A DNA stretch of 64,000 nt, taken from positions 186,001 to 250,000 of the forward strand of contig NIVC01000636.1 in the NCBI GenBank assembly GCA_002269645.1. Direction: 5' to 3'. This DNA is from Macrostomum lignano (lineage: Eukaryota). Made by a program: the position numbers and the translations under genes. Below are positions 1 to 11,398 of the stretch, piece after piece (the stretch's first letter is position 1; every line of letters begins with the position of its first letter). Below the pieces are notes generated by a model, which made no database searches, was not told where the DNA came from, and worked only from the letters and a program-made list of their open reading frames with translations.

Positions 1-1
1 C

Positions 2-535
<534 letters not shown>

Positions 536-1225
536 TGATGGGACAGGGCCGATGTGAGTCTGGGGTGATGGGACAGGGCCGATCGGAGTGTTGGTTTGGA
601 ACCCTCAGTGCCAGGGTGTGTGGTATTTTCTGCTCTTGTGTGAGATACCTTGAACACCCAAGTCTCTGATTCAGTGACATCGCGTGCACCCCAGAGCGTG
701 GCCCTGTGCCCTGTGTGGCAAGGCTGGCGCAAAATTAGTTATCAGAACGCGTCCGCTTCGCCATAAACGAAATTCCGGAGCCATATTTAAATATCGAATC
801 ATTGCAAGTCCAGCTGCAATTTCTAGCTGTGCTAATCCGAGTCCAAACACCCCCTGCCAGCGCCGCCCCCTCAAAACTTGAGATTTTATCGCTGCTGTAG
901 AACTGCTGATGCCCTCCTGGCCTTATCGAGTTATCGGCACCCGGGGCCGCGCCAGAACTGCTTCGCTCACGGCTGTGCAAGCTCGCATCGGCTGTCTGTT
1001 TATTCCTGCGCGGCCGGGGGTTGTGCGCAGTGCGCAGTCCTGCATAGACAGCCAGTTGCGAGCTGAAATAGTCCATGTATTTCTCACTTACTGGGCTTAT
1101 TTAAACATTTTCTGCGCCAAAAATTTGCGCTGTCTGAAACAGTTCTTAGATTCTTTTTAATAGTTTGTGTACCTATTAAAATTGCTAAATGGACTGCTAA
1201 ATGATCCCTAACCAAACTCCCAAGG

Positions 1226-1765
1226 TCATGGAGACCGCATCCCAGATCCCAGAGTCATGGAGACCGCATCCCAGATCCCAGAGTCATGAAGACCGCATCC
1301 CAGATCCCAGAGTCATGGAGACCGCATCCCAGATCCCAGAGTCATGGAGACCGCATCCCAGATCCCAGAGTCATGGAGACCGCATCCCAGATCCCAGAGT
1401 CATGGAGACCGCATCCCAGATCCCAGAGTCATGGAGACCGCATCCCAGATCCCAGAGTCATGAAGACCGCATCCCAGATCCCAGAGTCATGGAGACCGCA
1501 TCCCAGATCCCAGAGTCATGGAGACCGCATCCCAGATCCCAGAGTCATGGAGACCGCATCCCAGATCCCAGAGTCATGGAGACCGCATCCCAGATCCCAG
1601 AGTCATGAAGACCGCATCCCAGATCCCAGAGTCATGGAGACCGCATCCCAGATCCCAGAGTCATGGAGACCGCATCCCAGATCCCAGAGTCATGGAGACC
1701 GCATCCCAGATCCCAGAGTCATGGAGACCGCATCCCAGATCCCAGAGTCATGGAGACCGCATCTC
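1226..1765. repeat. 29-bp minisatellite (CATGGAGACCGCATCCCAGATCCCAGAGT)n, coronin intron
   Basis: Direct reading; copies at 1227 and 1256 are 29 bp apart. Confidence 0.97.
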
Positions 1766-1885
1766 AGATCTACAGTGAGTCTAGTTGCCAGATTGCTTGT
1801 CTCCGTGTGGCATGAGTCTGCCTGAGCAAGCAGAAGAAAAGAGCGCAAGTCAAGGCCAGGAAACTCCAAATCCGGCCGCTCGCAG

Positions 1886-2086
1886 GCCGCCTCCAAATCC
1901 GGCCAGTCCGCCTCCTCAGTGGCCAACGGACAGCAGGCGGCGGCCACCGAGAGCCCCCGACCGTCGCCTGAAGTGACGCAGCTACTGGACGACATGCGCA
2001 AGATGAAGATCATCATCAAGGGCCACGAGAGGCGCATCAAGTTTCTGGAGGAAAAGCTGAAGGGGGCCGAGGCCCCGGACAGCTAG
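1886..2086 (+). CDS. coro: Coronin alternative terminal exon A (coiled coil)
   Basis: Phase-0 acceptor ctcgcag ends at 1885. Reads AASKSGQ...EVTQLLDDMRKMKIIIKGHERRIKFLEEKLKGAEAPDS*, a typical coronin heptad tail. AATAAA at 2390-2395. Confidence 0.8.
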   Translation, partial: AASKSGQSASSVANGQQAAATESPRPSPEVTQLLDDMRKMKIIIKGHERRIKFLEEKLKGAEAPDS

Positions 2087-2409
2087 GAGGTCGGGGTCGC
2101 GGACCCTGACCCCCCTCGGCCCCCGCCCCGCCTCCATCTCACCCGCCCACCGCCAGCCAACCAGCCTGGGTAACATTGAGTCCAAGGTGTCCTGTTAATC
2201 TCAACCTTGGCCTTGCCGACACCGAGCCTTGTCTTGCTGCACGATGCATGCTTCCGTTTCTACTGCCAACTGCTGCCATGGCAACCACTTCCCCCAGTCA
2301 TTTTTGTCCCGATTGTGCGGATTCTGTGCTGGGGAGCTCCGAATGTGCATATGGAATCCTCAACTCGTTTGAAAAATTGACTATAACAAAATAAAGTTAA
2401 TAGCGGTTC

Positions 2410-3556
2410 GGTAGTGGGGATTATTGGGATTCGGTAGTGGGATTATCAGGATTCAGTAGTAAGAGATTATCGGGATTCGGTAGTGAGGAATATCGGGATT
2501 CGGTAGTGAGGATTATCAGGATTCGGTATTAGGGATTATCAAGAATCGGTAGTGGGGATTATCGGGATTCAGTAGTAAGAGATTATCGGGATTCGGTAGT
2601 GAGGAATATCGGGATTCGGTAGGGGGATTATTGGGTGTCGGTAGTGGGGATTATCAGGATTCGGTAGGGGGGTTCTTTGGTGTCGGTAGTGGGGATTATC
2701 AGGATTCGGTAGGGGGATTATTGGGTGTCGGTAGTGGGGATTATCAGGATTCGGTAGGGGGGTTATTGGGTGTCGGTAGTGGGGATTATCAGGATTCGGT
2801 AGGGGGGTTATTGGGTGTCGGTAGTGGGGATTTATCAGGATTCGGTAGGGGGATTATTGGGTGTCGGTAGTGGGGATTTATCAGGATTCGGTAGGGGGAT
2901 TATTGGGTGTCGGTAGTGGGGATTTATCAGGATTCGGTAAAGGGGTTATTGGGTGTCGGTAGTGGGGATTTATCAGGATTCGGTAGGGGGATTATTGGGT
3001 GTCGGTAGTGGGGATTATCAGGATTCGGTAGGGGATTATTGGGTGTCGGTAGTGGGGATTATCAGGATTCGGTAGGGGATTATTGGGTGTCGGTAGTGGG
3101 GATTATCAGGATTCGGTAGGGGGGTTCTTTGGTGTCGGTAGTGGGGATTATCAGGATTCGGTAGGGGATTATTGGGTGTCGGTAGTGGGGATTATCAGGA
3201 TTCGGTAGGGGGGTTATTGGGTGTCGGTAGTGGGGATTTATCAGGATTCGGTAGGGGGATTCTTTGGTGTCGGTAGTGGGGATTATCAGGATTCGGTAGG
3301 GGGTTATTTGGTGTCGGTAGTGGGGATTTATCAGGATTCGGTAGGGGGGTTCTTTGGTGTCGGTAGTGGGGATTATCAGGATTCGGTAGGGGGTTATTTG
3401 GTGTCGGTAGTGGGGATTTATCAGGATTCGGTAGGGGGGTTCTTTGGTGTCGGTAGTGGGGATTATCAGGATTCGGTAGGGGGATTATTTGGTGTCGGTA
3501 GTGGGGATTTATCGGGATTCGGTAGGGGGGTTCTTTGGTGTCGGTAGTGGGGATTA
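2410..3556. repeat. G-rich ~22/45-bp minisatellite (GGGATTATCAGGATTCGGTAG/GGGGATTATTGGGTGTCGGTAGT)
   Basis: Direct reading; lies between the two coronin terminal exons. Confidence 0.95.
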
Positions 3557-3846
3557 TAGCTCAGCAACGGCATGGCGTGTACTCCGCACCTGTAGTCCTG
3601 TACGGCAGATACATTTTTATACTAATTAGCTCTATCCTAGTGCGCGCCCCATACAATTATGCGTTGGTGGCTGTGCTCGCACATGCATAGCATGCAGCAC
3701 ACAGGATGACGGGCTATGCGCTGTCGGCATGTCTTTTCCATGTGCTCGTACTGCACCAAGCATGCTGGAGTTGCTGTGGGCCTGCCGTTCTCTGCGTCCC
3801 TGGCTGCGCAAGCACGGCTGACCGATCCCCCTTCCCTAATCCGCAG

Positions 3847-4065
3847 GTCCCCGCCAACCACCTGCTCGCCAACTCCAACTCGTCCGACTCTACCGCCGCT
3901 GCCACCGTTGCCGCCGACCCCGCCGACACCTCGGCGCTGGAATCCCGCGTCGCCGATCTGGAGGCCACCGTGCAAAACTTGACCAGCCTGGTGGAGTCCA
4001 TGCGCGACTCCATGGCGCAGCTCACCTCCGAGTGCGAGCAGCTGCGGGCCACCAGGGTGGGCTGA
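3847..4065 (+). CDS. coro: Coronin alternative terminal exon B (second coiled coil)
   Basis: ctaat branch-like motif and ccgcag acceptor ending at 3846, phase 0. Reads VPANHLL...SALESRVADLEATVQNLTSLVESMRDSMAQLTSECEQLRATRVG*, with heptad pattern and GC-rich exon-like codons. Confidence 0.7.
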   Translation, partial: VPANHLLANSNSSDSTAAATVAADPADTSALESRVADLEATVQNLTSLVESMRDSMAQLTSECEQLRATRVG

Positions 4066-4774
4066 GCTGGGACTCTGTTGCTGGGGCCTCCCCGCCTCTC
4101 CTTGACTCTATTGGTTGTCTGTCCCGCCACTTGCTACTCCATCCATGTCAAGCAGTGAGGATCCAATCCAATGAAACAGGGGATGGGGGGCTGTCTGAGC
4201 TCGGGCCGGTACACTGGGAATGGGGGGGGAGGGTTTCAAATTTCATCCGCGGGAATCACCGCTTCCCAGCTTATTTATTGAACTTATTTATACTCGTCCA
4301 CACGCTGCTGTCGTACTTGTGTTCCTACTGTCAGTAGCGAGTATCGGATTTGCGCTGTCTAACTGTTTTTTACACCAATAAGCCATCGAATTGTCTTTGC
4401 TTGCGTTTGCGTGCTTTTCTGTTGTACTGGCCTTCTTTTTTATCCCCGGTTGCCGCCGCCGCGTTGCCGGGGGCCTTGCGCGGCTTTTTGTTTTTTTCTC
4501 TCTACGCTTAGCGAGTTCCCAGTTTCTAGTTATCTAGCAAAGTAGCCTTGTCGGTTGGCAGCCCAGTATTAGAATTGTACACCCGCAGTAACTACACTAA
4601 CTGTTGCATACAAGCTGGCTTCTACCTGGCCTTCGCGTTATTGGCGCTGCACTTCTGCTCGGAGTCTTCCCAGTTATTTTGTTGGCCGAATTAATTATTG
4701 CTTTAGTTGTTGAGACAGCTTAAAATTATTGTCTTTTGACAGGTTCAATATTGATTAATTGTTGCTGCTGATTG

Positions 4775-5075
4775 GCTTTTGCTGATTGGCTGCTATTGAT
4801 TAGCGATTGCTGATTGGCTGTTGCAGATTGGCTGCTACTGATTAGCGATTGCTGATTGGCTGTTGCTGATTGGCTGCTACTGATTAGCGATTTCTGATTG
4901 GCTGTTGCTGATTGGCTGCTACTGATTAGCGATTGCTGATTGGCTGTTCCTGATTGGCTGCTACTGATTAGCGATTGCTGATTGGCTGCTATTGATTAGC
5001 TGTTGCTGATTTGCGGGGTTCTCATTGGCTGTTGCTGATTTGCGGGGTTCTCATTGGCTGTTGCTGATTGGCTGC
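4775..5075. repeat. Degenerate CTGATTGGCT-rich tandem repeat
   Basis: Repeated GATTGGCTGCTACTGATTAGCGATTGCT/GATTGGCTGTTGCT units. Confidence 0.9.
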
Positions 5076-6011
5076 CTAAAGGCATTCTATTGAGTAATTT
5101 TCTGATTGGCTGCTGTACTCACGCTCACTCAATACTGCATCTTGCATGCGGAGGTGCCGACTCGCTCCTCCGACCGTTGGTTTTTGTAATCCTAATTCCT
5201 CTGCTTTTGATCAACTTTGCAGTTGTTTTATTCAGTCTGCAATGCGAATGCAGCGGCAAATCTTGACTGCCTTATTGAAATTCAATCATCCATATTTCGT
5301 TTGTCTTTGTACTCCGCTTCCGCTTCCGGCTAGCAACCAATAGCTTATTTATAACTGCTAAATCCTGTTTTTTTAGTTTCCGTTTTGATATTTTCTTTAT
5401 TGGCTTTCTGTTGCCCCCCCGCCCGCCACGCCGAGTTGTCTGCTTCCACACTCCGCTGCTGAGGTTTTTGTTTTCAGTTTCTCCAGTTTCAGTTTGCCCC
5501 GGGATCTTCTGAGAACAATAAATGCTTACTAATAAAAAGTACATGGGTTTCGCCGCGTATTCACTGAATTAGCAATATTATGACTGACTCCCATTTCGGC
5601 ACTAAACTCCGACCTGCTCGTTGCCAGCTGCTTTTTATTCATTTCGAAAGGAAGTCACGGAAGGCCTGGACTTCTGTCCGGCCTGCCAAAGCCAGCCACC
5701 GCTGCCAGCTACTCTAATTGCTAAATTGATCTGCGAGCATTGATCTGCACTTCCCAGTTTCGTACTGTATTTAAACTCAGCCAGTGAAGCCAAAGCAGAA
5801 CGAAATATTAATAGTCTTGTAAGCTACGAATGACTTTTAATAACGGAGAGACTGTTTTGCTTTATTGTGCTTCTTCAGAGTGCAGTTTTTTACTTCGAGA
5901 CAATGAAAAAAGTACTCTCTGAACTTATCGGTGCTTAACAGTGGGTCAACTGCGATCAAGACTACTGCAAGTAGCACAGGGGAATTTGTCCCTGATTTGG
6001 TTCCCGGGTCA

Positions 6012-7523
6012 TCAACCGCCACGGGCCATCAGCCTGACGCTCTGCAGGGCCTTCCATGCGGCGGCGGCCAGCACCGCCAGCCAGGAGGTCGGCCGGAGAC
6101 CCGCGGCCGCGCCGCCCTCGCCATCGTCGGACGGTCGAAACTCGGCCGGCACGGCGCGGTGCAGCAGCAGCAGGAACTCGGCCCGCTGAAAGTGCAGCAC
6201 CCGCAACCGGCCGGCCGGGTCGGGCACCGGCTGTCCAACACGGTTGGCCACGCGCAGCAGGTCCAGGCCCGTCTGCACCGCCGGCACCCCCGGGCTGGTG
6301 GACAGCGTCAAGTGCGCCCGCTGGCCCGGTGCAGCCTCGCCTTCGCCGTTCGCCCACAGTTTGAGAGCGTCGGCGCCCAGAGCGGCGCGGTAGCCAAAAG
6401 TGCGGGGCGTCAGCAGCAGGGCGGTGGCGTTCAGGCCGAAGCCGCCGCCCACGGCTGCCTGCACGGCGGGCCGGGCCGCGTAGGCGGCGCAGGCGGGTAC
6501 GGCACCGTAATTGCAGTAGAAGCTGGTCACGTGCAGCTCCGCAGTCGGGTTCGCGTAGGCAAAGCGGCTCAGGTTGGCCACGGGAGTGTCTGCGGGACTG
6601 GCGGAGCTGGTGATCAGGAGGCTGCTGGGAGATGGGGAATGGGGATCGCTGCTGGGAGATAGGGAGCTAGTTTGGGGGGCTGCTGGGAGGTTGCTAGGAG
6701 ATGGGGAGGCTGCTACGAGATGGGGAGGCTGCTGGGAGATGGGGAGGTTGCTAGGAGATGGGGAGGCTGCTGGGAGATGGGGAGGTTGCTAGATGGGGAG
6801 CTAGTTTGCTACGAGATGGGGAGGCTGCTGGGAGATGGGGAGGTTGCTAGATGGGGAGCTAGTTTGCTACGAGATGGGGAGGCTGCTGGGAGATGGGGAG
6901 GCTGCTGGGAGATGAGGAGGCTGCTGGGAGATGGGGAGGCTGCTGGGAGATGAGGAGGCTGCTGGGAGATGAGGAGGCTGCTGGGAGATGGGGAGGCTGC
7001 TGGGAGATGGAGAGGTTGCTGAGAGATTGGAAGCTATTTTGCTAAGAGATAGGGAGCTAGTTTGCTAATAGATAGGGAGCTAGCTTGCTAATAGATGGGG
7101 GCTGTTGGGAGATGGGGAGCTAGTTTGCTAAGAGATAGGGAGCTAGTTTGCTAAGAGATAGGGAGGCTGCTGGGAGACGGGGAGGCTGCTGGGCGATGGG
7201 GAGCTATACAAGCAGGAAAAGGTGTCATTTGGTTGTTTCGATCAGCGGCTCCAAGCCGTCTTCAACAGTCCGGAGCAGCAGCTGGTTGCAGCAGTGTCTC
7301 ACCCAGACTGTGGTTGGTGAAATCGCAGTACAGCCGGCGCACCTCCTCGATGCCAAGCGCGGCCAGCAGGGTTTCCCTGGCCAGCTGCTTCAGGCCAGCC
7401 TCTGTGTTGTTGTCCGCGGGGAAGAAGCCAAAGTACAGCGGCAGCGGCCTGACGGTGGCGGGGCCGCTGGAGCCGCAGGCGGCCGCGATAGCCGCCACGA
7501 GCAAGAGGGCGGGCGCCGCTGGC
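6012..7523 (-). CDS. CNP: 2',3'-cyclic-nucleotide 3'-phosphodiesterase (CNPase)-like 2H phosphoesterase; exons 7523-7303 and 6589-6012; 5' start not resolved
   Basis: LPLYFGFF, LHVTSFYCNYG, ALLLTPRTFG, GQRAHLTL and VPAVQTGLDLL align by eye with vertebrate CNP (LPLYFGWF, LHCTTKFCDYG, ALFVTPKTTG, GSRAHITL, VEAVQTGLDLL). Both HxT motifs are intact. Phase-1 donor (GTGAGA, 7302) and acceptor (cccgcag, 6590) join in frame. Confidence 0.9.
6625..7200. repeat. ~20-bp minisatellite (GGAGGCTGCTGGGAGATGG)n filling the CNP-like intron
   Basis: Direct reading. Confidence 0.93.
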
Positions 7524-8609
7524 CTGCGTGAGTTCGAATCGTGGCATTCAGCCGAAGTAAGTGGCGAAGGATCACATCGCAATCTCACACCTACCTGGTC
7601 TGTAAAGCCAGGTAGGTGTCTTTGCAAAGCGTCTTTGTAAAATATAGAATTAATGCTACTAATAGGATACATTTGGAACGTTACAGACAGACCAGCAGAT
7701 CTAAGACTCTTAGCATAGGTGGATGGATAGAAGTAGCATAGGACGAAATGTCCAGTGCATTCCGGCTACTTGCGTGTTAAGTTAATGGCCTACTGACAAC
7801 TCTCACGCCACTCCTCTGTGCACAGACCTCAACAATGCAAGTTCCTTTGGCAGACAAAAGATGCGGACAGTGAGAATAGCAAGATTGATTGAGCAGTTGA
7901 GGAATTTCTGTGCCGCTCACCCAGCTCTCCAAATCCCGACAGTCTTCATCCAAGCTTAGCAGGCGGTCCTGTTGCAAACAGCTGAGCTGTGGCAAGTGGA
8001 GCTGCAGGGAGGCGCAACTTCTCTGCGCATGGAAATTGCAGCTTGCCGCGAGCGCCGGACTTGGCACCAAAGCTTTGGCGCCCGGCTTTTATTTTATCTA
8101 ATCAGCGGTGGAAAGGCCGCAGGTGGCTGAATTTGTGTATAGATCGCATTTACATGTACACAATGCTAACATCTAGCTTGCAAGAGAAGGCTAAAAATAG
8201 AGGGCCAGGACTTTAAGTCTTCACTTAGACTTGCATGTGCAACATGCAGCACGGCTGGCCAATGAGGTGGCCCGGTACCGCTGCAGATTCATATATTTAC
8301 CAATTGCTCCAGCACGAATGAGTATAATTATGATAACTTATGTACAACAAATAGCAGTGCTGATTGAGGTGTGCAATCGCGAGGAGCCGCAATGGGAATC
8401 TGCTGACTGGCGATCGCGGCAAAAAACAAAGCAAATCTGGCAGTTGTGAAACGGCTTGAAACAGCAAATCAAAAAGTAGGGAGAGGCGACATTGTGAAAG
8501 AAAACGGGGTGCTCCAAGCACTGGCTGTCACAGCTGCTAGCTAGAGAGCGAAATTTGCACTGTACATGATGCAGCAGTTAGAGCAGCTTTGGGCTGATCT
8601 GATTGGCTG

Positions 8610-8900
8610 CTAGACTAGACTGACTTGGATCTGATTGGCTGCTGAACTAGACTGACTCGGATCTGATTGGCTGCTAGACTATACTGACTGATCTGATTGG
8701 CTGCTAGACTATACTGACTGATCTGATTGGCTGCTAGACTATACTGACTCTGATCTGATTGGCTGCTAGACTATACTGACTCTGATCTGATTGGCTGCTA
8801 GACTATACTGACTCTGATCTGATTGGCTGCTAGACTATACTGACTCTGATCTGATTGGCTGCTAGACTATACTGACTCTGATCTGATTGGCTGCTAGACT
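8610..8900. repeat. 32-bp minisatellite (GATCTGATTGGCTGCTAGACTATACTGACTCT)n
   Basis: Copies at 8761 and 8793 are 32 bp apart. Confidence 0.95.
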
Positions 8901-8988
8901 GACTCAACTCGTATTGGCTTTAGAATTCTGAACAGAGTCCAACACCAATACGCGCAAGTACGCCGCCTGCAACCGGCCGGACCGCTGG

Positions 8989-11398
8989 CTAGTCCAGCTG
9001 CTGCTCCGATTGGTCGGCAGCGGTGGCGGCAGCGGCTGGCGACTCGGGGCCGGGCCAGAGCCAGATGTACTTGTGCACCATGTAGGAGCCGTCACTGTCT
9101 GTTGAATAGCCGAAGGCATCGCTGCGCAGAGCCCAGCCAGTGCGGGCCATGTGGTGGAACAGGGCCAGCTTTTCCGAGTTGCTCACCGACACGCTCTGGT
9201 AGGAGTCCGCCGCCGCCGCCGCAGCCCCTCCTGCCGGCTCCTCAGCCGGCCGCTGCAGTGGCAGCGCTCTGAGCGCCTCGGCGTGGCCGGAGATGACCAG
9301 GCCGCCGGACTTGAAGGCGCCGTTGTTCGACTGCCGGTTAGGCGGCGGCATGTAGAACCGGTAGAAGTAAGCCGTCTCCTCGAACTCCAGCACCTCCACC
9401 AGGTACTTGAATGGAATGTCGGCTGCCGACGGCGCCTGCGCCTTCGGCTGCTGCTGTTGCGACACGGGAGCGTCGCGTCGCTCCCTGCAGGCGGCCAGCA
9501 GGCCGGGCAGCCCGAAGAAATCCGCCTCGGCCTCCAGCAGGTCGAACTCATGCGGGGTGGCAATTTGTAGTGCTGGGAGCTGGGCGCGGAATTGCTGAGT
9601 GCCATTTGTCTGTCTGTGATTGCTGAGTGCCATTTGTCTCTCTGTGATTGCTGAGTGCAATTTGTCTCTCTGTGATTGCTGAGTACCATTTGTCTGTCTG
9701 TGATTGCTGAGTGCAATTTGTCTCTCTGTGATTGCTGAGTGCCATTTGTCTCTCTGTGATTGCTGAGTGCCATTTGTCCATCTGTGATTGCTGAGTGCCA
9801 TTTGTCTGTCTGTGATTGCTGAGTGCCATTTGTCTCTCTGTGATTGCTCTTTGTCTAGATCTGTGATTACTGAGTGCCATTTGTCTAGATCTGTGATTGA
9901 TGAGTGCAATTTGTCTCTCTGTGATTGCTGAGTGCCATTTGTCTCTCTGTGATTGCTGAGTGCAATTTGTCTCTCTGTGATTGCTGAGTGCCATTTGTCT
10001 CTCTGTGATTGCTGAGTGCAATTTGTCTAGATCTGTGATTGCTGAGTGCCATTTGTCTAGATCTGTGATTGCTGAGTGCAATTTGTGTAGATCTGTGATT
10101 GCTGAGTGCAATTTGTCTCTCTGTGATTGCTGAGTGCAATTTGTCTCTCTGTGATTGCTGAGTGCCATTTGTCTAGATATGTGATTGCTGAGTGCCATTT
10201 GTCTAGATCTGTGATTGCTGAGTGCCATTTGTCTAGATCTGTGATTGCTGAGTGCCATTTGTCTAGATCTGTGATTGCTGAGTGCAATTTGTGTAGATCT
10301 GTGATTGCTGAGTGCCATTTGTCTGTCTGTGATTGCTGAGTGCCATTTGTCTCTCTGTGATTGCTCTTTGTCTAGATCTGCGATTACTGAGTGCCATTTG
10401 TCTAGATCTGTGATTGATGAGTGCAATTTGTCTCTCTGTGATTGCTGAGTGCCATTTGTCTCTCTGTGATTGCTGAGTGCAATTTGTCTCTCTGTGATTG
10501 CTGAGTGCCATTTGTCTGTCTGTGATTGCTGAGTGCCATTTGTCTCTCTGTGATTGCTGAGTGCAATTTGTCTCTCTGTGATTGCTGAGTGCAATTTGTC
10601 TAGATCTGTGATTGATGAGTGCAATTTGTCTCTCTGTGATTGATGAGTGCAATTTGTCTCTCTGTGATTGCTGAGTGCCATTTGTCTCTCTGTGATTGCT
10701 GAGTGCAATTTGTCTCTCTGTGATTGCTGAGTGCAATTTGTCTAGATCTGTGATTGATGAGTGCAATTTGTCTCTCTGTGATTGATGAGTGCAATTTGTC
10801 TCTCTGTGATTGCTGAGTGCCATTTGTCTAGATCTGTGATTGATGAGTGCCATTTGTCTGTCTGTGATTGCTGAGTGCCATTTGTCTCTCTGTGATTGCT
10901 GAGTGCCATTTGTCTCTCTGTGATTGCTGAGTGCCATTTGTCTCTCTGTGATTGCTGAGTGCCATTTGTCTCTCTGTGATTGCTGAGTGCAATTTGTCTA
11001 GATCTGTGATTGATGAGTGCAATTTGTCTCTCTGTGATTGCTGAGTGCCTTTTTGTCTAGATCTGTGATTGCTGAGTGCCATTTGTCTAGATCTGTGATT
11101 GCTGAGTGCCATTTGTCTATCTGTGATAAGTACTACCAACAACCGCAGTCCAGCCTACCTGGAACCCATCTGGCAGGCACAGGCGGCTGCAGCGCAGGTA
11201 GTTGAGGACGTGCCTGAACAGCCTGCCGTCCCGGTCAATGAACACGTGGCCGGCCGGGTCGCGCAGCACAGATGGCGTGAAGCTGCCGCCAAACATGACA
11301 GCCAGCATGGAGCCGGGGAACTTGCACAGCGTGGCTCTGGTGGTGGTGTGCACAATGCCGCCGACATTCAGCACCACCGCCTGCTCCGAGGCTTCCAT
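8989..11398 (-). CDS. KCTD-family BTB/POZ (T1-type) protein; exons 11398-11159 and about 9546-8989
   Basis: VVLNVGGIVHTTTRATL...GSMLAVMFGG...FIDRDGRLFRHVLNYLR...LPDGFQ joins (E)FDLLEAEADFFGLPGL, the standard KCTD BTB signature. Donor GTAGGC at 11158; acceptor atypical (see findings). Confidence 0.88.
9595..11130. repeat. 28-bp minisatellite (CTGTGATTGCTGAGTGCCATTTGTCTCT)n filling the KCTD intron
   Basis: Period 28 (9601/9629). Confidence 0.97.

Noticed and set aside
5931-6662. Plus-strand ORFs of 80-243 aa
   Set aside because: GC-rich antisense shadows of the CNP-like exon; likewise for shadows over KCTD, AHSA1 and the LINEs.
7900-8530. Protein-like fragments (GATSLRMEIAA; LAIAAKNKANLAVVKRL), vaguely ankyrin-like
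   Set aside because: Interrupted by stops, with no coherent frame or splice sites; too weak to call.
9183-11142. Long ORFs through the 28-bp repeat (MALSNHR/HSAIT)
   Set aside because: Read-through of the KCTD intron minisatellite. The same applies to ORFs at 1201-1825, 18608-19162, 29795-31077, 42142-42721 and 62350-63778.
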